DNA from: a virus
Reading direction: 5' to 3' (one strand)
Virus record (IMG/VR): IMGVR_UViG_3300042391_001456
Coordinates: 38,754-102,753 of that record
DNA: 64,000 nucleotides
Part shown: in pieces, positions 40,258-48,770 of the stretch
Layout: each line of letters opens with the position of its first letter
Numbering within the stretch: the stretch's first letter is position 1
Position numbers and translations under genes: made by a program
Notes under the pieces: generated by a model
Told to the model about the DNA's origin: nothing
Databases searched by the model: none
Seen by the model: only the letters and a program-made list of their open reading frames with translations

Positions 40258-41062
40258 ATTTTATACTAAACCAACAATATTGTCTATGCCAAGAAAAATT
40301 AGTTTCTTTTAAGAAAAATCTCATATCATTTGGGAAAGTCATTAAAATAATACCTGGTTGATCTGCATTATTACCTCTACAAACAATAATTTTATCAGGG
40401 TCAATTCCCGGTTCTACAATAAATAACATACCATTTATCATACCATTCTCATCTAAATTATTAATAAGTGATGGATATTTACTAATTACGTTATTTCCAA
40501 CTAAAACAGATTTTCCGGAACCAATTCTACCATATTGAGCGATTATATTAGAAGCCATCATTATTTTAGTAATCAATCTACGAGAATTAATTTCATCATT
40601 TTCTGAATTGGTTTTATTAGGATCATTAGTTGGTATAAATGTTAAAGATGATGTTGGAAGATTATATAATGTTTTGGCATTTTGAGTTTGTTTTTCTAAA
40701 AAGTCAATAACTTGAGAATAAACATCTTCATAACTAATAAATTGTTTACCTGTAACATTCATAGACATTATTTTAGGAGCAACAACTCCCATATATTGAG
40801 TTACATTCTTATATTGAGAAGAAACATCTAAATCTTTTCTTTCTGGTAAAATATGTCTATTTTCCCATTCAGACTCATCTTTATCATCTAATAAAATATC
40901 TATAGCTAAATCTCTATTACGAGATTTTACCTCTCTCATATATTCTTCATCGTCTTCAGATATCATCTCCATATACATAATCTGTGATTGTGGAAGAGAT
41001 TTTTTATCCAATTCTTCTTTGAATGAAGTTATTAATTTTAATTTATCTTTAAAAGTTATCAT
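40256..41062 (-). CDS. degenerate major-capsid-protein paralogue fragment
   Basis: RRLITKIMMASNIIAQYGRIG and RGNNADQPGIIL match the MCP segments RKLITKIAHASNFIATEGRVG and RKNNADQPGIIF. Confidence 0.75.
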   Translation of the reverse strand: MITFKDKLKLITSFKEELDKKSLPQSQIMYMEMISEDDEEYMREVKSRNRDLAIDILLDDKDESEWENRHILPERKDLDVSSQYKNVTQYMGVVAPKIMSMNVTGKQFISYEDVYSQVIDFLEKQTQNAKTLYNLPTSSLTFIPTNDPNKTNSENDEINSRRLITKIMMASNIIAQYGRIGSGKSVLVGNNVISKYPSLINNLDENGMINGMLFIVEPGIDPDKIIVCRGNNADQPGIILMTFPNDMRFFLKETNFSWHRQYCWFSIK

Positions 41063-41804
41063 AAATATTTTTCATTCCTATTTTTTTCAAAGAATTGTTA
41101 ATTGATTTCGCAATATCCTCTTTAGATAAAGATTTATACTTTTGAAGTAATTGTAAATTTCGTTGATACCACTTCATATCAGGAGCTTCTCTATCATGAT
41201 ATAGATGATAACATCTTGATTTCTGTTCATAATGTGTTAAGAAATTTTCAACTTTAATAGTTTGAAAGTCATCTTCTGCCCCCCAACCAATAAATTCTTC
41301 GCACCATCCACCTATTCTCATAATAGATTCTTTTCTGAATATTGTAATACCTCCACAAATATTTATCTTCTGATGATCTTCCTCACCTCTACCTGGTCGA
41401 TTAATTCCAAATATAGATTCCATTTGAAGTTGACTTTCTTCCGGATTTAAATCCACAACAGAACTATATGGACTAACCATATCATACTCTTCTATTTTTT
41501 TTATCGCTGAGATAAAAGAATTTGGTTCCATAATTAAATCACAATCAGTAAAAACAATAATATCAGAATTTGAGTTTTTCAATCCAACATTAAATCCCCA
41601 TGATCTATTAAATGGTAAATTTGTTTTTGTGAAAATATGTTTAGCGGTAAAATTCAGATGTTCTATTTTAGAATGTGTATCTTGTTCTACTATTATTACC
41701 TCAACTCCTGAAAATCCATTTAACCATTCCAAAACTCTTTTTAAGTTGTTCCATCTTTGTATATTATGTCTATATAATATAATGCAGCTAAAATTATAAT
41801 TCAT
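41049..41804 (-). CDS. glycosyltransferase (GT2/GT7-like)
   Basis: IIVEQD, FNRSWGFNVG, FTDCD, IGGWCEEFIGWGAEDD, HLYH. Confidence 0.85.
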   Translation of the reverse strand: MNYNFSCIILYRHNIQRWNNLKRVLEWLNGFSGVEVIIVEQDTHSKIEHLNFTAKHIFTKTNLPFNRSWGFNVGLKNSNSDIIVFTDCDLIMEPNSFISAIKKIEEYDMVSPYSSVVDLNPEESQLQMESIFGINRPGRGEEDHQKINICGGITIFRKESIMRIGGWCEEFIGWGAEDDFQTIKVENFLTHYEQKSRCYHLYHDREAPDMKWYQRNLQLLQKYKSLSKEDIAKSINNSLKKIGMKNIYDNF

Positions 41805-41870
41805 TTTGATTTTATTTTTATCTTTTATAGATATTTTTATTATCTTTGTTTAATTATAAAATAATTATTT

Positions 41871-42275
41871 ATGAATATTGTTGGATGGAGAGAATTATTT
41901 CATTTCCCAGAACTTAAACTAGTGAATATACCTGGTAAAATAGATACTGGTGCTTGGTCTAATGTCTTACACTGTGATGAAATAAATTTAGTAGATAATA
42001 AACTAAATGTTAAAATTGGCAATAACAATTATATATTTGATAAATTTAAAATTATAGATGTTAAAAGTTCATTTGGTGATGAACAAGAAAGATGGAGTAT
42101 AATAACACCGATTTTATTAGGAAATAAAGAGTATAAATTACAAATTTCATTAAGTAATAGAGAAAAAATGAAATATCCACTTCTAATTGGTAGAAGGTTT
42201 CTGCAAAAATTTAAATATATAGTAGATGTAAATAAAGAATGTATTAATATAAATGATCACTTTAAAAAAATATAA
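41871..42275 (+). CDS. retropepsin-like protease of the RimK-associated (putative ATP-dependent Zn protease) family
   Basis: VGWRE, KIDTGA.S.LH, VKSSFG..QER, LSNREKMKYPLLIGRRFL. Confidence 0.88.
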   Translation: MNIVGWRELFHFPELKLVNIPGKIDTGAWSNVLHCDEINLVDNKLNVKIGNNNYIFDKFKIIDVKSSFGDEQERWSIITPILLGNKEYKLQISLSNREKMKYPLLIGRRFLQKFKYIVDVNKECININDHFKKI

Positions 42276-42789
42276 TTATTTCACTGGAACTCCAAATGAT
42301 GTTTCAAATTCGGTTTCTAAAATTACTAAGTTTTTAGAACTTGATGGTTGGAATTCTATTCTATTTTGTAGAGAAAATTCTAATATAAAACATCAAATGC
42401 CTAATAATTTTATTTTTAAAAATCTGGAACATTTTAGAGAATTAGTTAGTGAACCAGGAAATTTATTCAGATGTAATCTAATAGTATTAGATTTATGGGG
42501 ATTTAATTTAATAGAAATTGATAAATTTAAATGCATTTGTGATGATTTAAATATTAAACTAATAATATTAGCAAAGGAATTCAATTATAAAACTAGTGAC
42601 GATGTTTCTGACTACCATGTTATAACTAAATATAATCATGGTATAACACCAACATCATTATCATTCCCAATAAAATCAGAGACTATAATAACCGAAAGAA
42701 TAAGTAATTGGACATCCACTTTAGATGATTTGAAGAAATCTTATATTAGAGACAAGAAAATAGATATTCTTTTTGATGATGATGAATAA
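42253..42789 (+). CDS. hypothetical protein, possibly a degenerate DnaB/RecA-like fragment, with C-terminal RDKKIDILF tag
   Basis: NLIVLD...ICDDLNIKLIILA resembles DnaB DLIIVD...LAKELNIPVI; no intact Walker A. Confidence 0.5.
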   Translation: MITLKKYNYFTGTPNDVSNSVSKITKFLELDGWNSILFCRENSNIKHQMPNNFIFKNLEHFRELVSEPGNLFRCNLIVLDLWGFNLIEIDKFKCICDDLNIKLIILAKEFNYKTSDDVSDYHVITKYNHGITPTSLSFPIKSETIITERISNWTSTLDDLKKSYIRDKKIDILFDDDE

Positions 42790-42864
42790 TTTTTATTTAA
42801 AATGATTCTAAATTAAATTTTATCCTTATATTTGTAATATATTTTAAACATAAAATAAGTAAAA

Positions 42865-44025
42865 ATGAGAATTACTAAAAAGTTTTTACAATTAACTAGA
42901 TTTACATACCCTCACGGAACTGAATCCGGATTAATTAAAAATCTACCACAAAATGTTCAAGAAGATGAATATGGAAACTTCTTTCTTCTAATAGGTGAAA
43001 AACCATCCACTATGTTTACTTGTCACTTAGACACTGCTGATTCTACTCAAAAAAGAGTTAACCACGTTTTTGATGGTAATATAATTAGAACAGATGGCAC
43101 ATCAATATTAGGAGCTGATGATAAAGCTGGAATGACTGTTATTTCTTATATGATAAATAAAGAGGTTCCCGGATTATATTATTTCTTTTTAGGAGAAGAA
43201 GTTGGTTGTGTTGGATCTAGAAAAGTTTCAGCAACCTGGACTTCAAATCCATTTTCAGAACATATCACTAAATGTGTTTCTTTTGATAGAAGAGGTACAG
43301 ACTCAATTATCACTTATCAAATGTTTGGTAGATGTTGTTCAGAAACTTTCGCATTAGAATTAGCAAAAAGAATGAACTCTACCGACAATGGTATGAAAAT
43401 GGCTCCAGATAATACAGGTATTTTAACAGACTCTGCTAAATTTATGAGTTTAATTCCAGAATGTACAAACATTTCTGTTGGTTATTATAATGAACACACT
43501 CATCGCGAAAGTCAAGATATAGAATTCTTAAAAAGATTGTGTAGAACAGTTGTTAGCATTGATTGGGAAACATTACCAATTGAGAGAGACCAAAATTCAA
43601 TCGATGATGATTATGATGATTATGATGATTGGGGTTTCTGGGGAGGTGGATCATACTCCGGGAGTAAATCTAATAATAAAGTTGAATATGTATCTGATGA
43701 TTCTAATTGGAATGTTGATAACTATACTCATGTTTCTTTGGATGGTGTAACTAAAAAAGTTTATATAAGTAATTATCAAGTGGATTTTGAAAAAGAAATA
43801 ATCTATGAGTGGTTATTTTTAACAAATGATTGTTCTGAATTAAAAGAAATTATATGGAATGGTCACTCACTTTATTCAAAAAGTCCGTCTGGTAAAGTTG
43901 AATATATTGGAAATAGAAATGATTTAATGGATCATATCGAAGAGTTGAAAAGTATTCCAAGAGAAGAAATATCAGAGACGATTAAATTAAAGAAAAAAAA
44001 AACTGATTATGGATTTAACTTCTGA
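42865..44025 (+). CDS. M20/M28-like zinc peptidase, paralogue of 17864..19699
   Basis: TYPHG, MFTCHLDTAD, LGADDKAG, PGLYYFF.GEE, CVSFDRR, ECTNISVGY.NEHT shared with the paralogue. Confidence 0.82.
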   Translation: MRITKKFLQLTRFTYPHGTESGLIKNLPQNVQEDEYGNFFLLIGEKPSTMFTCHLDTADSTQKRVNHVFDGNIIRTDGTSILGADDKAGMTVISYMINKEVPGLYYFFLGEEVGCVGSRKVSATWTSNPFSEHITKCVSFDRRGTDSIITYQMFGRCCSETFALELAKRMNSTDNGMKMAPDNTGILTDSAKFMSLIPECTNISVGYYNEHTHRESQDIEFLKRLCRTVVSIDWETLPIERDQNSIDDDYDDYDDWGFWGGGSYSGSKSNNKVEYVSDDSNWNVDNYTHVSLDGVTKKVYISNYQVDFEKEIIYEWLFLTNDCSELKEIIWNGHSLYSKSPSGKVEYIGNRNDLMDHIEELKSIPREEISETIKLKKKKTDYGFNF

Positions 44026-44311
44026 AAAATTTGAACACATACATTTTCCACACATTCTATTTTTTGGATTAACACAGAAATTAAAATTAAAAGATAGAAT
44101 TTTAGTCTATAAAGGTGGTGAAGATGGTGATCTAATAGTTGGTAAAGAATATGTTATTGAAGAAAAAAATTATTCACCAAATAAAGAAACTACAAGAGTT
44201 GCTGTTTGGACTTGCAAAGATGAAAATAATAAAATAGTTATTATTGATAAAAATAACTTTGTAACTCTAATAGATTTTAGGAATAGTAGAATAGATGATA
44301 TTATAAACTAA
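44009..44311 (+). CDS. hypothetical protein with C-terminal RNSRIDDII tag
   Basis: 100 aa. Confidence 0.55.
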   Translation: MDLTSEKFEHIHFPHILFFGLTQKLKLKDRILVYKGGEDGDLIVGKEYVIEEKNYSPNKETTRVAVWTCKDENNKIVIIDKNNFVTLIDFRNSRIDDIIN

Positions 44312-44315
44312 AGTA

Positions 44316-44344
44316 AAAAACCACTCAATTGAGTGGTTTTCTTT
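44316..44344. terminator. bidirectional terminator
   Basis: aaaaccactc-aatt-gagtggtttt. Confidence 0.8.
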
Positions 44345-44345
44345 A

Positions 44346-44528
44346 TTATCCTAGTATCATTCCAGGTGTTTTAAACTCTTTTTGACTAGTGATTTCCAAC
44401 ATTTGAGTGGATGTTAATTCTTTAGAATTCCATCCTCTTTTTTTAGAGTATTCAGTGATGAATTTCTCTCTTAGAAGATTTACTTCTTCTGTTGAAATTG
44501 TTTGATTTTTAATTAAATTATTATCCAT
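44346..44528 (-). CDS. small hypothetical protein
   Basis: 60 aa; TAATATATA upstream on the minus strand. Confidence 0.6.
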   Translation of the reverse strand: MDNNLIKNQTISTEEVNLLREKFITEYSKKRGWNSKELTSTQMLEITSQKEFKTPGMILG

Positions 44529-44605
44529 AATTATTTTTTATTTTTATATATTAGATTTTAAACATTCTTTTGAATATTTTTATTATCTTTATAAAAAATA
44601 ATAAT

Positions 44606-45094
44606 ATGAGTTTAAGTTTAATATGGTCACTTTTTAATATAATTTTAGTATCATATACATTTTATTATATTAATAAAAATAAAGATAAAGATATATCGTA
44701 TAATTATCTCTATAAAAGAGTTGGTACTCAATGTTACAAATGTGATGTTGATTTAGGTGAATTTTATGACCAAATGGATAAACTTGTAAAGAATGAAGAA
44801 GATTTTACACTTTGTAAAAAATGTAATAGAGATGAAAAATTATATTTTTTACAAAATGGTAAATTAAAATTGTTCTTTTATATTTTTAAAAGTAGAGTTA
44901 ATAAACTTCTCATATCTAATAAATTTTATAAAAAGTTCAATTTATTTATGACCATGTCAATGGTATTGACTTTAATAATTCATTATATTTTATATTTTAA
45001 TTTTAATATAGGATTTTTTCTTTGGATAAATTATTCTATAGTTACTCTAAATTTTATAATAATATTATATCAAAATAATTTGAGATATAAATAA
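44606..45094 (+). CDS. membrane protein with CxxC...CxxC zinc finger
   Basis: Hydrophobic N- and C-terminal segments; CYKC, CKKC. Confidence 0.6.
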   Translation: MSLSLIWSLFNIILVSYTFYYINKNKDKDISYNYLYKRVGTQCYKCDVDLGEFYDQMDKLVKNEEDFTLCKKCNRDEKLYFLQNGKLKLFFYIFKSRVNKLLISNKFYKKFNLFMTMSMVLTLIIHYILYFNFNIGFFLWINYSIVTLNFIIILYQNNLRYK

Positions 45095-45109
45095 TTTTTA
45101 TTATTTTTG
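45079..45109 (+). promoter_or_regulatory. Bacteroidota sigma-A type promoter
   Basis: TTTG + 19 nt + TATTTTTG, ending 5 nt before the ATG at 45115. Confidence 0.65.
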
Positions 45110-45114
45110 TATCT

Positions 45115-45591
45115 ATGTTTACTATTAAAGGCATATTAGAATTTGATCCAATCAATGTTACTAAAAAACATGATAACCAATCTTCATGGAAAAAAGTCGC
45201 TATTGTTAGGTTTGAAATTGATGATGATACTTGGTCTTACTACGCTTGGTTTCTTAAAAAGAGATTTAATCTAAATCTTAATAAACCTTTAAGAGGAACT
45301 CACCTCACGATAATAAATGATATTGTCGATGATGATTTATATAAAATGGGTCGACAACTTTTTCATGGTAAAGAAATAACAATTCAATACAACCCATTAG
45401 ATATCCGTTCTAATAAGAAAGGACACTGGTGGTTAAAAGCTTATTCAGATGATGCTCATAATATAAGAACGGTTGTCGGATTAGATCCAAGTCCATATTT
45501 TGGTTTACACATAACAATTGGATTAGCAACACACTTACAATTAGAACACTCTAAATATATAACCGAACAATGTATTAAATTTGATTTATAA
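45115..45591 (+). CDS. 2H phosphoesterase family protein
   Basis: Two HxT motifs: GTHLTII and GLHITIG. Confidence 0.7.
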   Translation: MFTIKGILEFDPINVTKKHDNQSSWKKVAIVRFEIDDDTWSYYAWFLKKRFNLNLNKPLRGTHLTIINDIVDDDLYKMGRQLFHGKEITIQYNPLDIRSNKKGHWWLKAYSDDAHNIRTVVGLDPSPYFGLHITIGLATHLQLEHSKYITEQCIKFDL

Positions 45592-45625
45592 TATAACAAA
45601 TTAAAAAAATTAAAATATAAATTAT

Positions 45626-45856
45626 ATGTTAGAAGAAATAAAACAATTAAATATTAATGAAGAAATTCTAAAGAATTATGATATCAAATCTATACAGGTT
45701 ATGAGTGATGGTAACCTTGAACCAGCTATACATATTCTTTTTAACAACGGTATTATATTAAATTCAAATATTCATAGATATGAAATTATTGAACTAATAT
45801 CTTCTATAAAGAGTGATGGTCGTAACGATAAAATTAATAAAATTTTAAATGTATAA
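45626..45856 (+). CDS. hypothetical protein with C-terminal RNDKINKIL tag
   Basis: 76 aa. Confidence 0.55.
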   Translation: MLEEIKQLNINEEILKNYDIKSIQVMSDGNLEPAIHILFNNGIILNSNIHRYEIIELISSIKSDGRNDKINKILNV

Positions 45857-46034
45857 ACTTAGTGAGAAAATTCCGGATAAAGGAAAAGATTTACTTGTTA
45901 TAGACTCCAATGGAAATAAAAATTGGTGCTATAGATGTAATTGTAAAAGAGAAAATTGTATGGAATTTAGATGCCCAATAAGCGGATCTATGATAATGAT
46001 TGATATAGTTGAGTGGGAATATGATAATAAGTAA
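45849..46034 (+). CDS. small Cys-rich hypothetical protein
   Basis: 61 aa; overlapping start/stop. Confidence 0.5.
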   Translation: MYKLSEKIPDKGKDLLVIDSNGNKNWCYRCNCKRENCMEFRCPISGSMIMIDIVEWEYDNK

Positions 46035-46046
46035 TGAAATAAAATT

Positions 46047-46400
46047 ATGAAAAGTTACGAAGAAATTAAAAAAGAAGAACTAGAAGGAACTAGTAAATAT
46101 ACCGATAAACAATTCAATTTATATTTTAAATTTCTTAAAGTATTGAGATCACTTTTTACTGAGAGTTTTTTGTGGTTTGCCTCAATAATAGTTTTTATTG
46201 GAGTTTGGAGTGTTTTCCATTGGCTTGGATTTTTTCCAATAGATTTTTTAACTATTACTATGTTTGTAGTTAGTCATTTTATTTATTGGATTTTAAAAGG
46301 TAAAAAATCATCTATAGAACTAATCGATGATGTAGTTCCTGAATTAGATTTAATCCTAAAAGCACTTGGTGAAATAAAAGAAATTAGGAAAAATAAATGA
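46047..46400 (+). CDS. membrane protein (2 TM)
   Basis: Two hydrophobic segments. Confidence 0.6.
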   Translation: MKSYEEIKKEELEGTSKYTDKQFNLYFKFLKVLRSLFTESFLWFASIIVFIGVWSVFHWLGFFPIDFLTITMFVVSHFIYWILKGKKSSIELIDDVVPELDLILKALGEIKEIRKNK

Positions 46401-46807
46401 TTGTAATTTTTACCGATATTGATGGTGTATTGAATCCACATTGGAGAAAAAAGTGGGATAAAAAAGCTATTTTAAACTACAATAAACTATGTAAAGAGTT
46501 CGATCTCAAGCCAGTAATAACTTCTACTTGGAAATTAAATCACACAAAAGAGGAATTACAAGATATTTTTACTAATCAAGAAATTGATATAGAAATATTT
46601 GATTATACACCAAATTTAGACCAACAGGATAGAGGATTGGAAATAAAGGAATGGTTACTCCATAACAAAGTAGATAACTATGTTGTTATTGATGATAGAG
46701 TGTTTGATATAGAACCACATGTACATAATGTAGTTAAATGTAGAAGTTGGATTGGTTTAACAGAAGAGGAGTGTGATATAATAAGAAATATTTTGAATTA
46801 TGAGTGA
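46397..46807 (+). CDS. HAD-superfamily phosphatase (RNA-repair-associated HAD type)
   Basis: FTDIDGVLN, ITSTWK, RGLEIKEWL, YVVIDD. Confidence 0.85.
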   Translation: MIVIFTDIDGVLNPHWRKKWDKKAILNYNKLCKEFDLKPVITSTWKLNHTKEELQDIFTNQEIDIEIFDYTPNLDQQDRGLEIKEWLLHNKVDNYVVIDDRVFDIEPHVHNVVKCRSWIGLTEEECDIIRNILNYE

Positions 46808-47159
46808 TGATTTTTTCGATAGTTTTAAAAAGCCTGAAAAGAAATGGGATCATAAAATAAGGGTAGTTCATTTTAAAAAAGAACCATATGATATTTATAT
46901 TGGTCGTTTACCAAATGATGGTTTCAATAAGTGGGCTTATCCCAAAGAATTAAGAGAGAAATTTGGAGAAGATACTCCTCGTAAGGTTATTATTGACGCT
47001 TATGAGGAGTATTTACTTTCTAATGAAGAATTAATGAATTCTCTTTATGAGTTAAGAGATAAAACTCTTGGTTGTTGGTGTAAAAATGAAGGTGGTGGTG
47101 GAAAGTCTTGTCACGGAGACATATTAGTTAAATGGGTTAAAAAGAAATGTAATGGATAA
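46800..47159 (+). CDS. DUF4326 family protein
   Basis: YDIYIGR, KWAYP, LRDKTLGCWC, CHGDIL. Confidence 0.85.
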   Translation: MSDDFFDSFKKPEKKWDHKIRVVHFKKEPYDIYIGRLPNDGFNKWAYPKELREKFGEDTPRKVIIDAYEEYLLSNEELMNSLYELRDKTLGCWCKNEGGGGKSCHGDILVKWVKKKCNG

Positions 47160-47490
47160 TTTAGACTTATTAGAGTGTTGTCAATCTGTATTAAACTATC
47201 TTCAAGATAAAGATGAAGAATTAATTAATTTTACTGAATCAGAAACTATGAAAGAGATGGATAGAGTTCTTGTAAAAAATAATTTCGAATCATCTGTATT
47301 TGGCACGAACATGATGAATTTCATGCGTTGGTTATCAAATGAATATAATTTTGATAGTCCTGATATTTATGATGACGGTCGTTCTTATTTTTCAGATGGT
47401 TTCAAATTTACAAAGGCTCCTGCAAAAACTTTTCTGAAAGCCGTCATAAGAGAGATAAAAATAAAAGAATTGTTATGCCAGAAGGGGTAG
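47152..47490 (+). CDS. hypothetical protein with C-terminal REIKIKELL tag
   Basis: 112 aa. Confidence 0.55.
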   Translation: MDNLDLLECCQSVLNYLQDKDEELINFTESETMKEMDRVLVKNNFESSVFGTNMMNFMRWLSNEYNFDSPDIYDDGRSYFSDGFKFTKAPAKTFLKAVIREIKIKELLCQKG

Positions 47491-48278
47491 AAATAAGAAT
47501 AATGTCAGACTTTATCAATAAGAATTGTAGTGATAAAGTTTTTGAAAAATCTTTCCATGTATTAAAAGGAAACAATCCAGAAGAATTTAAACTATTAGAT
47601 GGTGAATTTAAGTTAAGTTCAGATTTCAACGGTAAAGAATTATTAGTATATGTATATCATGATGTTACATCTTTTTCTCAAAGGGTTAATGTTTCTGTGT
47701 TTATGGGAATGTCTGGAAATTGGAAATGGGTAAGAACTTCAGAATGGAATTCTACTAAATTTATTCGCCTTCGATTTGATACAATAGATGGTTGGTCTTT
47801 AATATTATATGGTCTTTATATGGGACCTAAATATAAAATTGGTGGATTTGGAACAAAAAGAGGACCTGACTCAATAAAAAATTTTGAAAAGTTTAAATCA
47901 AACATTTTGGAAAATTTAAATAAAAAAATATTTGATAAACCAATCTGTGAGGCAATTTTAGACCAAAAGTACTTTAATGGAATTGGTAATTATCTCAGAA
48001 GTAGTTTATTATATTATTTAGATATTAATCCTTTTCAAGTTGCTAGAACCGCATTAATAAACCACCCACAAATAATAGAGATGTGTAGAGATGTTCAATT
48101 AAAATCATATGAACTGAATGGTGGTCAATTAAAAGACTGGCGTTCACCATTCGATACTGATTATGAAGCTTTCAGAGATTGGGTTTATTATCAAAAGGGA
48201 AACTCTTGTAAAGATGGAACAGGCAGGACTTTTTGGTATGATCCTAAATGGCAAAACTTTTCACCTTATAAGATATAA
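47475..48278 (+). CDS. Fpg/Nei-family DNA glycosylase
   Basis: N-terminal MPEG, GKEL, MGMSG, H2TH motif LDQKYFNGIGNYLRS, GRTFWY. Confidence 0.9.
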   Translation: MPEGVEIRIMSDFINKNCSDKVFEKSFHVLKGNNPEEFKLLDGEFKLSSDFNGKELLVYVYHDVTSFSQRVNVSVFMGMSGNWKWVRTSEWNSTKFIRLRFDTIDGWSLILYGLYMGPKYKIGGFGTKRGPDSIKNFEKFKSNILENLNKKIFDKPICEAILDQKYFNGIGNYLRSSLLYYLDINPFQVARTALINHPQIIEMCRDVQLKSYELNGGQLKDWRSPFDTDYEAFRDWVYYQKGNSCKDGTGRTFWYDPKWQNFSPYKI

Positions 48279-48285
48279 AATAAAT

Positions 48286-48768
48286 ATGGCAAAGATTATC
48301 AAACCAGATTCAAATTCACAGACTTTTTCAGGACCTAAAATTTTCCTAGCAGGATCCATTGAAATGGGAAAAGCTATTGATTGGCAATCAGAAGTAGAAA
48401 ATCTTCTTAGTGGACATAATGTTACTGTTTATAATCCTAGAAGAATTTCATGGGATATGAATTGGGAACAATGTGAGACTAATCCTGAATTTAGAAATCA
48501 AGTGAATTGGGAAATGAATAACATAGATAACTCTGATATTATTTTTATGAATTTTGTAGAAGATACAATGTCTCCAATATCATTATTAGAACTTGGTTAT
48601 ATATCCGGTATAAATCCTTCCAAATTGATAGTTTGTTGTCCAAAAAAATTCTGGAGAAGAGGAAATGTTCAGATAGTATGTTCTAGAGAATCTATACCTC
48701 TATTTGATAATATAGAAGAAGCTATGGCTTCTTTACTCACTAGAGTTGAAAAACTTACAAATATATAA
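48286..48768 (+). CDS. nucleoside 2-deoxyribosyltransferase-like protein
   Basis: IFLAGSI, WQ, NPRR, QVNWE, SPISLLELG, GNVQIVC; start placed at 48286. Confidence 0.85.
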   Translation: MAKIIKPDSNSQTFSGPKIFLAGSIEMGKAIDWQSEVENLLSGHNVTVYNPRRISWDMNWEQCETNPEFRNQVNWEMNNIDNSDIIFMNFVEDTMSPISLLELGYISGINPSKLIVCCPKKFWRRGNVQIVCSRESIPLFDNIEEAMASLLTRVEKLTNI

Positions 48769-48770
48769 TA

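Noticed and set aside
21727-41062. Diversity-generating retroelement as the source of the capsid-like copies
   Set aside because: No reverse transcriptase in the window, and the similarity is at protein level, not a near-identical TR/VR pair
48163-48285. 5' extension of the deoxyribosyltransferase-like ORF given in the track
   Set aside because: It overlaps the Fpg/Nei gene; the ATG at 48286 after an A-rich leader is more plausible
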